Source: Candidatus Iainarchaeum sp.
GTDB taxonomy: Archaea > Iainarchaeota > Iainarchaeia > JAGGVJ01
Assembly: GCA_021158055.1 (NCBI GenBank)
Contig: JAGGVJ010000013.1
Span: 1-49,902, forward strand
Direction: 5' to 3'
DNA length: 49,902 bases
Shown: positions 9,584 through 18,695 of the stretch, piece after piece
Numbering within the stretch: the first letter of the stretch is position 1
Layout of the letters: each line of letters begins with the position of its first letter
Program-made: the position numbers and the translations under genes
The notes under the pieces: generated by a model
Told to the model about the DNA's origin: nothing
Seen by the model: only the letters and a program-made list of their open reading frames with translations
Database searches by the model: none

Positions 9584-9591
9584 ATGATGAA

Positions 9592-10449
9592 ATGATTGTT
9601 TGGCGAGTGAACTGGATAGGCAGAAGTTCCCAAAACCATTTTGCTCCGGTTCTTGAGTGCATTGAAGGTAGTGAAGTGATTTCTGTTCCGCTTGATTTTG
9701 GAGAAGAATTCCATTTTTCGATTTCCGGGAATAAAAAGTGCACGGGGTTTTGGAATGCTGAAAAAAAACACCAACCGTGCCCAACTTTTTCTGATGCTGT
9801 TTCAGGCTGCCAGTGCGACGACTGCAGGTCAAATGATTTTATGCAGGCATGCATTGCCTGTGACGGAAGCGTTTGTTTTGCCCCGTCAGCGATGAGGGTG
9901 CCGTGCAGTTTAGCAGAATATTTTGTTTACCTTGTTTCTTTCGGAGACGCACTCAAAGTCGGAATAACCGCAAAACACAGGTACCCCCAAAGATGCATCG
10001 AACAGGGGGCTGATTTTTGCACTGCCGTTGCCCTTGTTCAGGGAGGGGATTTGGTCAGGTGCATTGAAAAAGACATCTCCAGGGATTTTTCCATAGCAGA
10101 CAGGATGACAACAAGCAAAAAGATAGCGACAATGACCCACAGAAACCCTGCTCTTATCCCGGAAATTGCTTCTTCTGTCCGCGAGTCGGTTGGAAGCGGT
10201 GCAGTTAATTTTCCTGTCCTGGATTTAAGCACGCACCACGGGTTTGCCTGCCTTGAGCGAAAACCCCTTGTTCAAAAAAACCCGCAGGACAATACCGGCG
10301 GAAAGATAATCGGGGTAAAAGGGAGCACAGGTGTTTTTGAGTGCGCAGCTTCGTTTTTTGCAGTTGATTTCAAGTCGCTTAGCGGGAGAAAAATCGAGTT
10401 TGGAGCGAAAAAACAAAACGTTCAGTCAAGCTTGTTTGGCTGGAATTGA
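9592..10449 (+). CDS. DUF2797 family protein (Cys-rich, putative zinc-binding)
   Basis: CTG..CP..QCDDC..CIAC and VYLVSFG.LKVGIT..R..EQGA motifs. ATG 9592 chosen because the ORF-track N-terminus is translated repeat DNA. Confidence 0.8.
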   Translation: MIVWRVNWIGRSSQNHFAPVLECIEGSEVISVPLDFGEEFHFSISGNKKCTGFWNAEKKHQPCPTFSDAVSGCQCDDCRSNDFMQACIACDGSVCFAPSAMRVPCSLAEYFVYLVSFGDALKVGITAKHRYPQRCIEQGADFCTAVALVQGGDLVRCIEKDISRDFSIADRMTTSKKIATMTHRNPALIPEIASSVRESVGSGAVNFPVLDLSTHHGFACLERKPLVQKNPQDNTGGKIIGVKGSTGVFECAASFFAVDFKSLSGRKIEFGAKKQNVQSSLFGWN

Positions 10450-10614
10450 CGGTTTTTTGTTTTGGAGTGATTTTACCATGCCTTATTTTCCTGCCGGGGG
10501 GTACAACTTCATACAGTAAGCATATAAATTACTTGTTTCTTTTGTTATTTGTTATTGGTATTGCGCGCGTGAATGTGTATCCAATGTGTTTATGGTCAGC
10601 AGAGAGTGAATTAA

Positions 10615-11790
10615 ATGATTGAAATTTTTTTCCAGCTCATTTTAATGCTGGGTCTTGCAAAGCTTTTGGGAGAAATGTGCGAGAGAGTAAGTGTTCCGAA
10701 TGTCTTGGGTTACATGGCAACAGGAATCATTCTCGGGCCGATGGTTCTTGGAAGCGTGTCTCATGACGTTCCTGAAATAAAACTTTTTGCAGAACTCGGG
10801 CTGATATTTTTAATATTCCTTACAGGTTTCAAGGAAGGCAACTTAAGCGAGATGATGAATCACAAGAGGTCAATCGTTTCTGTTTCCGCTCTCGGGTATA
10901 TTTTCCCGTTTGTTGTTTCTTTTGCAATAGCGATGTATTTTGGGTGGTCGATTGCAGCAGCGCTCATTTTAGTCCTTGCTGTTTCAGCAACAGACATAGG
11001 CGTTACTGTAAAAACCATGCTTGACATGGGTAGGCTGAACACCCCGCTTGGAAGAACCATGCTTGGTGTGACAATACTGGACGGGATAGTCGGCCTTATT
11101 GTTTTCACGATTGCAATCGCGTACATTGTTGCAGGAAACATCGGCGGGTTCGAGTTTTTGAAGGTCATTGCGTCAATATTGTTTTTCTTTTTGTTCTTTT
11201 TCATAATAAGGCGCGTAGTGCCAAAGATTGTCCAAAAAGTCGGATTTTTTTCAGTTGAAGAAAGCCAGTTTGCTTTTGCGTTTGTCTTTATATTGGGTCT
11301 TGCGATTACCGCTGAGCTTTTCGGGCTCCACGGCATAATCGGGGCGTTTCTGGCAGGAATGCTTCTTTCGCGCTCTTCCCTTGCAGACACTGATTTCATA
11401 AGCAAGCTTTCAACAATGTCTTACGCTATTTTTATACCCTTGTTTTTTGTATGGACGGGCCTTCTTGTAAACGTGAGTAAATTCACTGTGTTTCCTTTGG
11501 TGATTATAGTGGGTGTTTTGTCGGCAAATTTTGTCGGCGCATACATCGGAGGATTTATCGGCGGCATGAAAACTCACGACAGGTTTTCAATGGCTTTTGG
11601 AATGTTTCCTCGTGGGGGAATAAATATTGCGATAGCGTCGATTGGGATAACCTTGATTGACTCTGCAGGAAATCCGATAGTCAATGGGGAGTTAGGCAGC
11701 ACGCTTTTTTCAACTGTGATGCTTTTGATTGTGGTCAGCGTTATTGTTGGCTCGCTGCTCCTTAAGTCAAGCCTTAAGAGGGGGTCTTGA
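10615..11790 (+). CDS. Cation:proton antiporter (CPA2, KefB/NapA-like)
   Basis: About 12 TM helices; GIILGP, AELGLIFLIFLTG, SATD, ILDG, GAFLAG and MFPRG motifs. Confidence 0.9.
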   Translation: MIEIFFQLILMLGLAKLLGEMCERVSVPNVLGYMATGIILGPMVLGSVSHDVPEIKLFAELGLIFLIFLTGFKEGNLSEMMNHKRSIVSVSALGYIFPFVVSFAIAMYFGWSIAAALILVLAVSATDIGVTVKTMLDMGRLNTPLGRTMLGVTILDGIVGLIVFTIAIAYIVAGNIGGFEFLKVIASILFFFLFFFIIRRVVPKIVQKVGFFSVEESQFAFAFVFILGLAITAELFGLHGIIGAFLAGMLLSRSSLADTDFISKLSTMSYAIFIPLFFVWTGLLVNVSKFTVFPLVIIVGVLSANFVGAYIGGFIGGMKTHDRFSMAFGMFPRGGINIAIASIGITLIDSAGNPIVNGELGSTLFSTVMLLIVVSVIVGSLLLKSSLKRGS

Positions 11791-12306
11791 ATGATTCACG
11801 ATAGCATAAAACAGGTGAGAAAAAAATCCATAACTGATTTTTGTTACAGGCGGTTTGTCTCTGTTTGCAAAGACACTCTGATAGAAGAAGTCCTTAAAAA
11901 ATTCAACAGGCTTCATTCATCAATACTTCCGGTTGTGGACAACGAAGGCAAGCTAGTGGGGAAGATACGCAAAAGCGACCTGATGAAATTGTTTGTCGAC
12001 CCGAAAGATATTCCCGAGGAACACATTGCAGGTGCTTGCATAGACTTCGGGTATATTGCGCTGCGGGCATCTGAGATAATGAGTAAATACGGGGCTGTTG
12101 CAGACGAGGGCATGCCCGTGCACAAGGCAGCCCTGATGATGATGAAGCACCATTTAACTTCCATGCCTGTAGTTGACAAAAACAACAAGCTTGTCGGAAT
12201 TCTTTGCGGGGACTCGATTATTGAGGAAGTTCTGCGGATAACCGGAAACAATCCCGGTTGCAAGAAAGGAAATTTGTGTCCTGTTAAAGGAAGAGGTAAG
12301 GAGTAG
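11791..12306 (+). CDS. CBS domain-pair protein
   Basis: Two CBS motifs, LPVVDNEGKLVG and MPVVDKNNKLVGI; abuts the antiporter stop. Confidence 0.9.
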   Translation: MIHDSIKQVRKKSITDFCYRRFVSVCKDTLIEEVLKKFNRLHSSILPVVDNEGKLVGKIRKSDLMKLFVDPKDIPEEHIAGACIDFGYIALRASEIMSKYGAVADEGMPVHKAALMMMKHHLTSMPVVDKNNKLVGILCGDSIIEEVLRITGNNPGCKKGNLCPVKGRGKE

Positions 12307-12353
12307 GTTTTAAGGTAAAAAGTAAGTTTTAAGGGTAAGAAGCAGGGTTTTAA
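12295..12353. repeat. Degenerate 19-20-bp x3 tandem repeat across the CBS gene stop
   Basis: ggtaaggagtaggttttaa / ggtaaaaagtaagttttaag / ggtaagaagcagggttttaa; the TAG stop is in the first unit. Confidence 0.7.
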
Positions 12354-12376
12354 TAAACAAGTATTTGGCGGTAGAA

Positions 12377-12694
12377 ATGAGAAAAAAAATATTTACACTG
12401 TTTATCATGCTTTTTTTAGTCGGTATGTTTGCATACCATTCTTTTGAGAAGTGGAGCTGGATCGACTCGCTTTATTTTTCAGTCACAACCCTTACAACTA
12501 TCGGTTACGGCGACCTCTACCCCACAAACGATGTGTCAAAGATGTTTACCATATTTTATGTGATTGGTGGCATATCCCTTGTCCTGTATGCGTTGTCAAG
12601 CATACAGCGGGATTTGATAAATATTGAAGAAAGAGTCGAGGACGTAGTGAAAAAAAACATAAGAAGGAAATCCAGAAAAAATCAGGATAATTAG
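12377..12694 (+). CDS. Two-TM potassium channel pore protein
   Basis: Selectivity filter TTIGYGD and SLYFSVTT pore helix between two TM helices; no RCK domain. Confidence 0.92.
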   Translation: MRKKIFTLFIMLFLVGMFAYHSFEKWSWIDSLYFSVTTLTTIGYGDLYPTNDVSKMFTIFYVIGGISLVLYALSSIQRDLINIEERVEDVVKKNIRRKSRKNQDN

Positions 12695-12769
12695 GATTTG
12701 ATAAGTTTTATGTCTGTTTATGGAGATTAATTTTGGTTTTAAAGTTAATAATTGAAATCTTTAATTTGA

Positions 12770-13423
12770 TTAAAATTTTCTGCTGCGTTTTTCTTCCCAC
12801 CCTGCAGGGTCTTCAATCCAGTCCATTACCTGTTCCTGTTCGTCTGATGAAAGGTAATTGTTTTCAACTGCAACTTTTAAGAGTTCAGGCAGGTTTGAAA
12901 GGCAGTTCAGTTTGATGTTGTTTTCTTCAAACGCGGTTTTTGAAGATTCAAAACCATAGCTGAAAATTGCTTTGCAGTTGTTTACGATTCCGCCTTCTTC
13001 TCGGATTGCGTTTGCGACATTTATTGAGCTTCCTCCCGTGCTTATCAAGTCTTCAACCACGACCACTCTTTGGCCTTTTTCAATTTTTCCTTCAATCAGG
13101 TTTTTTTTACCGTGTTCTTTCTTTTTTGCGCGCACGTAAATCATCGGAAGGTCAAGGCGCTCTGCGATAAAAGCCGCGTGAGGTATTCCTGCGGTGGCTG
13201 TTCCCGCCAGAAGGTCAACATTGTCAAGGCCTATTTTTTTTTCAAGAACTTCAACAAAACAGTCAACAACCAGTTTTCGTTTTATAGTGTCTGAAATCAG
13301 GATCCGGCAGTCAGTGTAAATCGGGCTTAATATTCCGGAACTGTACCTGAAAGGCTCGGTTGTATTGATGGAAACAGCTTTTAAATCAAGTAATGCTTTT
13401 GCAACAACGCTGCTAAACTCCAT
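12770..13423 (-). CDS. pyrE: Orotate phosphoribosyltransferase
   Basis: SGILSPIYTDCR, GTATAGIPHA, YVR..KEHG and VVEDLISTGGS motifs. Confidence 0.95.
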   Translation of the reverse strand: MEFSSVVAKALLDLKAVSINTTEPFRYSSGILSPIYTDCRILISDTIKRKLVVDCFVEVLEKKIGLDNVDLLAGTATAGIPHAAFIAERLDLPMIYVRAKKKEHGKKNLIEGKIEKGQRVVVVEDLISTGGSSINVANAIREEGGIVNNCKAIFSYGFESSKTAFEENNIKLNCLSNLPELLKVAVENNYLSSDEQEQVMDWIEDPAGWEEKRSRKF

Positions 13424-13536
13424 TATATTTCCCCCGTTGAGTTTTTTAGTTCAGGCAATTGGATGTTTTTGTTTATTTGTTTATGAACATTTGTTTAAAT
13501 GTCCGTTAGATAAATGTCTATTAAGTAATTGACAAA

Positions 13537-13643
13537 TTAGTATTTAATTGTTTATCAATTAATAATTATCAGTTAATAAGTTAGTATTTAATTGTTTATC
13601 AATTAATAATTATCAGTTAATAAGTTAGTATTTAATTGTTTAT
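13537..13643. repeat. Perfect 44-bp AT-rich tandem repeat, 2.4 copies, in the divergent pyrE/pyrD promoter region
   Basis: ttagtatttaattgtttatcaattaataattatcagttaataag at 13537 and 13581, with a partial copy at 13625. Confidence 0.95.
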
Positions 13644-13767
13644 TAGGTTTTGATATCTGTTGCAAACGACTGCAAAATACAACCTTGTCTGCTTGTTGCA
13701 ACACTGTTTGCAATAATTTTTCATAAAGTATTAATTGATTGGAAGAGCATTTATCTGCGGGGGAAAC

Positions 13768-14685
13768 ATGCCAAATCTTGAAACCGCTTTCTTGAATAAG
13801 ACTTTTTCAAATCCGACTGTTTTGTCATCCGGGATACTTGGAGTTTATGGTTCTTCCCTTGTAAGGGTTGCAATTGAGGGGGCAGGGGCGGTTACCTCGA
13901 AATCAATAAGCCTCAACTACCGGAGCGGGCACCCAAACCCGATAATTGTTGAGTTTGAAGCCGGTTTGATAAACGCGGTCGGGCTTTCGACACACGGGAT
14001 CGACGATTCGATTTCTGAAATTTCTTACGCAGTAAAAAATTCCCCAAGCCCGGTAATTGCAAGCGTTTTTGCAGACAACGTGGAAAACTTTGCGCTTGTG
14101 TCGCAAAGAATAAACGAGGCAAACCCTGATTTTATTGAAGTGAACATATCGTGCCCGAACGTGGAATCAGAGTTTGGAAAGCCCTTTGCAACCGACCCAA
14201 AAACTTCGGCCGCAGTTACTTCGGCAGTCAAAAAAGTTTCAAAAGCGCCGGTAATAGTTAAGCTTTCGCCAAACGTGCCGAACATAAAACTCATTGCAAA
14301 AAGCGTTGTTGACGCAGGCGCTGACGCAATATGTGCGATAAACACGGTTGGGCCGGGCATGGTGATTGACATAGAAAGCGCCAAACCGATTTTAAGCAAC
14401 AAAGTCGGAGGCGTGTCAGGGCCGGCGATAAAGCCTGTTGCGGTCCGGTGTGTCTATGACATTTTTTCCGAAGTTGACGTTCCCATAATCGGTGTCGGCG
14501 GAGTTACAAACGGAAGCGACGCAATTGAAATGATTTTTGCAGGGGCAACGGCTGTGGGAATCGGAAGTGCCGTGCACTATCGGGGGATAGGCGTGTTCAA
14601 AAAGGTGTCAAAGGAAATTTTCCGATTCATGGACACCCACGATTATTCATCAATTGAAGAAATGAGGGGACTTGCACATGAATGA
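13768..14685 (+). CDS. pyrD: Dihydroorotate dehydrogenase (family 1B) catalytic subunit
   Basis: NAVGL, EVNISCPNV, VKLSPN, AINT, GGVSG..IKP and IGVGG motifs. Confidence 0.96.
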   Translation: MPNLETAFLNKTFSNPTVLSSGILGVYGSSLVRVAIEGAGAVTSKSISLNYRSGHPNPIIVEFEAGLINAVGLSTHGIDDSISEISYAVKNSPSPVIASVFADNVENFALVSQRINEANPDFIEVNISCPNVESEFGKPFATDPKTSAAVTSAVKKVSKAPVIVKLSPNVPNIKLIAKSVVDAGADAICAINTVGPGMVIDIESAKPILSNKVGGVSGPAIKPVAVRCVYDIFSEVDVPIIGVGGVTNGSDAIEMIFAGATAVGIGSAVHYRGIGVFKKVSKEIFRFMDTHDYSSIEEMRGLAHE

Positions 14686-15547
14686 AGGCGCGCAGAATTC
14701 AGGGAGGCTCAACAAGCCGATTACCCTTCCGATTGTCAAAGTGGTGGATGAGGCAAAAGATTTCAAATCTTTTTATTTTGATTTTGACCTGGACGCAAAA
14801 CCAGGGCAGTTTGTGACTGTGTGGATTCCCGGAGTAAACGAAAAACCGTTTGCGGTTTCAGGCCAGAAAGACGGGCTGTTTTCAGTTACTGTTTCTGCAG
14901 TCGGGCCGTTTACAAACAAAATGCACGAACTCAAAGAAGGGGATAAGGTCGGAGTGAAAGGGCCTTACGGGACCCACTACAAAATTTCCGGGCCAGACTG
15001 TGACGGAACCGGAGCTGAACACAAAAACCTTGTTCTGGTCGCAGGGGGGTATGGGGTTGCTCCACTTGTGTTTCTTGCAGAAGAGGCGGTCGGAAAAGGA
15101 GTTCAGACAACAATGATTGCGGGAACGCGGACAAAAGAACTTTTGGCATTCCGGGAAAAACTTGAAAGCATTGGCGTTGAGTACCTGGCTGCAACCGATG
15201 ACGGTTCAGAAGGGTTTCACGGTTTTGTGACAGACGTGCTTGAAAACCAGATAAGCCAGGGCAAAGCAAGCGAAATCTGTGCCTGCGGCCCCAGACCGAT
15301 GCTTGAGCGGGTGGGGGCAATCGCTGAAAAGCACAATTTGCCGGGCCAGTTTGGTCTTGAAAGTTACATGAAGTGCGGTTTCGGGATATGCGGGGAATGC
15401 GCTGTTGACTATAAAGGGATTCACATATGCAAAGACGGCCCGGTTTTTCCGCTTGCAACCGCTATGAAAATTTTTCGCTTCAAAAAAGAAAATGACAATT
15501 TTTCTCAGGACAATACAGATGACAAAAGTGAAAAAGAGGTGTTTTAA
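14678..15547 (+). CDS. pyrK: Dihydroorotate dehydrogenase electron-transfer subunit
   Basis: PGQF, GPYG, AGGYGVAP, TDDGS, ACGP and the 2Fe-2S motif MKCGFGICGEC...CKDGPVF; overlaps the pyrD end. Confidence 0.95.
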   Translation: MNEGAQNSGRLNKPITLPIVKVVDEAKDFKSFYFDFDLDAKPGQFVTVWIPGVNEKPFAVSGQKDGLFSVTVSAVGPFTNKMHELKEGDKVGVKGPYGTHYKISGPDCDGTGAEHKNLVLVAGGYGVAPLVFLAEEAVGKGVQTTMIAGTRTKELLAFREKLESIGVEYLAATDDGSEGFHGFVTDVLENQISQGKASEICACGPRPMLERVGAIAEKHNLPGQFGLESYMKCGFGICGECAVDYKGIHICKDGPVFPLATAMKIFRFKKENDNFSQDNTDDKSEKEVF

Positions 15548-16908
15548 TGAGTCTTGCAATCCTTGGCTGTTCCATTGTTGAAAACCAGCGTCTGGTTGAA
15601 AAAAACGTTTTTGTAAGGGAAGGAAAAATTTATGAAATAACCCCTTCTTCAGACATTTCAAACAAAAGGGACTTTGACATAATCATTGACGGTAGAAAAA
15701 AAGTTTTGCTGCCGGGAGTAATTGACGCACACGTGCATTTTCGCGTTCCTGGAGGGGAGCACAAGGAAGACTGGACAACGGGTTCTTGCGCGGCGGCGTC
15801 CGGGGGAGTGACTACTGTTCTTGACATGCCGAACACGTCTCCCCCGACAACAACTGTTGACAGGCTCAATGAAAAGCGGATCATTGCTTCAAACAAAAGC
15901 ATCATTGACTTTGGGTTTCACTTTGGGGCGGAATTCGGCAACGCCAACGAGATAGAGAAAGCCAGAAACATTGCGTCAATTAAAATATTCATGGGTTCGT
16001 CAACAGGAAACCTGCTGATTGACGACGATGCGGAACTTTATTCAATATTTGAACTCGCAGAAAAACATGACTTGCTTTGCACTGTTCACGCGGAAAACGA
16101 GCGGCTCATAAAACTGTTTTCAGACCAGGCAAAATTCAATGGGAAAACTTCACCCACAATACACCCTCTTATCAGGAACAATTTATGCGCGGCGGAAGCG
16201 GTTTCAAAAGCAGAGCTTTTTTCAAGGTTTGTGGGAAACAGGCTTCACGTCTGCCACGTCAGCACAAAAGAAGAGCTTGACTTCATAAAACTTGGAAAAA
16301 AATTGCAAAGAGAAGGCAGGCTTTCAGCCGAGGCAACCATGCACCATTTGCTGTTGTCGAGCGCAGCAATGCTGAAATCAGGGAACTATGCCAAGATGAA
16401 TCCTCCTCTTCGCTCCAAGGAAGACATAAGCGCGCTTTGGTCAAGCCTGAGAGAAGGCGTGATTGACATTATCGCGTCTGATCACGCCCCGCACACGCGC
16501 GAGGAAAAAGATAAGCCGTACTGGCAGGCGCCTGCAGGGGTTCCGGGAGTGGAAACAAACTTGCCGCTTCTTTTAAACGAGGTGAACAGGAAAACTTTGT
16601 CTTTTGAAGACCTCATAAATTTTACAAGCAAAAACCCTGCGAAAATATACAGGATAAAAAACAAGGGTGAGATGAAGAGAGGTTATGACGCTGACTTTGC
16701 ACTGGTTGACATGGACATTGAACAGATACTTTCAAGCTCAAATGTAAAAACAAAATGCGGATGGACTCCCTTCAACGGCATCACAGTCCAGGGTGCGGTT
16801 GAAAAAACGATTGTGCGGGGAAAAATAGTGTTTGACAAGGGAGAGTTCTTTTTGAACAAGGGAAAAGAAGTTGAATTCACGCGCAGCACAACATCTGAAA
16901 CAGAGTGA
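15547..16908 (+). CDS. pyrC: Dihydroorotase
   Basis: DAHVHFR.PG, GGVTTVLDMPNT, HVCHVST, KMNPPLR and SDHAPH motifs; lies in the pyr cluster. Confidence 0.93.
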   Translation: MSLAILGCSIVENQRLVEKNVFVREGKIYEITPSSDISNKRDFDIIIDGRKKVLLPGVIDAHVHFRVPGGEHKEDWTTGSCAAASGGVTTVLDMPNTSPPTTTVDRLNEKRIIASNKSIIDFGFHFGAEFGNANEIEKARNIASIKIFMGSSTGNLLIDDDAELYSIFELAEKHDLLCTVHAENERLIKLFSDQAKFNGKTSPTIHPLIRNNLCAAEAVSKAELFSRFVGNRLHVCHVSTKEELDFIKLGKKLQREGRLSAEATMHHLLLSSAAMLKSGNYAKMNPPLRSKEDISALWSSLREGVIDIIASDHAPHTREEKDKPYWQAPAGVPGVETNLPLLLNEVNRKTLSFEDLINFTSKNPAKIYRIKNKGEMKRGYDADFALVDMDIEQILSSSNVKTKCGWTPFNGITVQGAVEKTIVRGKIVFDKGEFFLNKGKEVEFTRSTTSETE

Positions 16909-16937
16909 CTGTTAAATAGTGTTTTTGGGGGATTGAA

Positions 16938-18695
16938 ATGAACAAAAATTTTGCTGACAGGCTGATTGAAGCAATAGAAAAAAAAGAAAACCCGACGGTT
17001 GTCGGGCTGGACCCGTGGTTTAAGGATATACCTGAGTCCCTTAAAAAAGAGACATTTCTCAAGTTTGGCGATTCGTTTGAGTCAGTGGGAAAATGCATTC
17101 TTGAATTCAACACCCGGATAATAGACGCGGTCTGTGAGACTGTTCCGGCAGTAAAACTGCAGATGGCGGCTTACGAGCAATACCTGGAGCCGGGAATAAA
17201 CGCCTTCAGACAAACAACGGATTACGCAAGGAAAAAAGGACTTGTGGTTTTTGAAGACGGCAAAAGAAATGACATCGGTTCAACTGCTCAGGCATACGCT
17301 GACGGGCACATCGGAGAAGTTGCTCTTTTTGAAAAAAGTTCCGTTGCTTTCGGCGTCGACGCGATAACTGTCAGCCCCTACCTCGGGTCTGACGGGATAA
17401 GACCTTTTATTGAAAATTGTTCAAGATACGGCAACGGGATTTTTGTTCTCGTAAAGACATCAAACCCTTCAAGCAGTGAAGTCCAGGATCTTGAATGCAG
17501 TGCAGGCAACAAAAAGATATATGAAGTCATGGCTGAAATGGTAAATGAATGGGGCAAAGAAGCAATAGGGGAAACCGGTTACAGCAGCGTAGGTGCGGTT
17601 GTCGGTGCCACGTATCCGGAGGAAGCCGCAAAGTTAAGAAAGCTGATGCCGAATTCAATATTTTTGGTTCCCGGCTACGGCGCCCAAGGCGGGGGCGCAA
17701 AAGACGTTGTTCCGTGCTTTAACCCTGACGGCAGGGGTGCAATCGTAAACTCGTCCCGCGGGGTTATTTTCGCATACAAGAAATCAGGAGACCAGGAAGA
17801 ATTTGCAGGCGCTGCAAAAAATGAGGTGCTTGCTATGCAGGAAAATTTAAACAAGGCACTTTCTGAAAACGGAATTCCGGTGGGCAAAAAAACAACCACT
17901 CACCAAAGCGGTTCCGGTTCCGGTTTAGGCTCTGAACAAGATGAAAACAAAGTTTTTACCGGTGAAAAGATCGCTGAAGGAAAAACAAAAACAGTTTTTG
18001 AAGACGCAAAAGACGAAAACGCTGTTCTTCTTTTTTTCAGGGACGACATAACAGCAGGCGACGGTGCCAAGCATGATATCATGGGAGGAAAAGGAAAACT
18101 CAACTGGGAGACAACAACTGAAGTGTTCAGGTTTCTTGAGTCAAAAGGCATTGCGACTCACTTTATCTCGTCCCCGAAACAATGTTATCTCAAGGCAAAA
18201 AAAGTGGAGATGATCCCGATTGAATGCGTTGCAAGAAGGCTTGCATACGGGTCCCTTCTGAAACGCCTGCCGTTTGAGAAAAAGCACAGGTTTGAAGTCC
18301 CGCTGGTTGAATTCTTTTTCAAGGACGATGAAAAAAACGATCCGATGGTAACAGACCAGCACATCCGGACGCTTGCAATCGCAGGCGCTGACGAGGTAAA
18401 CCAGATGCGCGAGATCACAAGAAAAGTATTTGAACTGCTTGAGGAAAAATTCACGGAAAAAGGCTCTACTCTTGTGGACATGAAAATAGAGTTCGGAAGG
18501 GCAAAAGACGGTTCGCTTCTTGTTGCAGACGAAATAACCGGCGACAGCTGGAGGCTCTGGGAAGGAGGCGAAGAGTCAAAAATGATGGATAAGCAGATTT
18601 ACAGAAACGGCGCTTCTATGCAGGATGTTAAAAGCGGTTACGAAAAAACCCTTGACACGATAAGGCGGTTTGATGATCCCCAGCAAAAAGAATGA
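16938..18695 (+). CDS. pyrF-purC: Bifunctional OMP decarboxylase (PyrF) / SAICAR synthetase (PurC) fusion
   Basis: aa 1-~315: VGLDP, DGKRNDIGST, TVSPYLG, VKTSN, GAVVGAT, LVPGYGAQGG, NSSRG. Then a GS linker. aa ~342-585: EGKTK, DDITAGDG, IPIECVAR, EFFFKDD, LVDMKIEFG, ADEITGDSWRLW, DKQ.YR. Confidence 0.93.
   Translation: MNKNFADRLIEAIEKKENPTVVGLDPWFKDIPESLKKETFLKFGDSFESVGKCILEFNTRIIDAVCETVPAVKLQMAAYEQYLEPGINAFRQTTDYARKKGLVVFEDGKRNDIGSTAQAYADGHIGEVALFEKSSVAFGVDAITVSPYLGSDGIRPFIENCSRYGNGIFVLVKTSNPSSSEVQDLECSAGNKKIYEVMAEMVNEWGKEAIGETGYSSVGAVVGATYPEEAAKLRKLMPNSIFLVPGYGAQGGGAKDVVPCFNPDGRGAIVNSSRGVIFAYKKSGDQEEFAGAAKNEVLAMQENLNKALSENGIPVGKKTTTHQSGSGSGLGSEQDENKVFTGEKIAEGKTKTVFEDAKDENAVLLFFRDDITAGDGAKHDIMGGKGKLNWETTTEVFRFLESKGIATHFISSPKQCYLKAKKVEMIPIECVARRLAYGSLLKRLPFEKKHRFEVPLVEFFFKDDEKNDPMVTDQHIRTLAIAGADEVNQMREITRKVFELLEEKFTEKGSTLVDMKIEFGRAKDGSLLVADEITGDSWRLWEGGEESKMMDKQIYRNGASMQDVKSGYEKTLDTIRRFDDPQQKE

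Noticed and set aside
9469-9591. Cys-rich N-terminus of the DUF2797 ORF
   Set aside because: It is the translation of tgtgta-rich tandem repeat DNA, not a plausible metal-binding domain.
13537-13643. Possible CRISPR array or replication origin
   Set aside because: Head-to-tail identical units without spacers; no ORB-like G-string and no adjacent cdc6/orc1.
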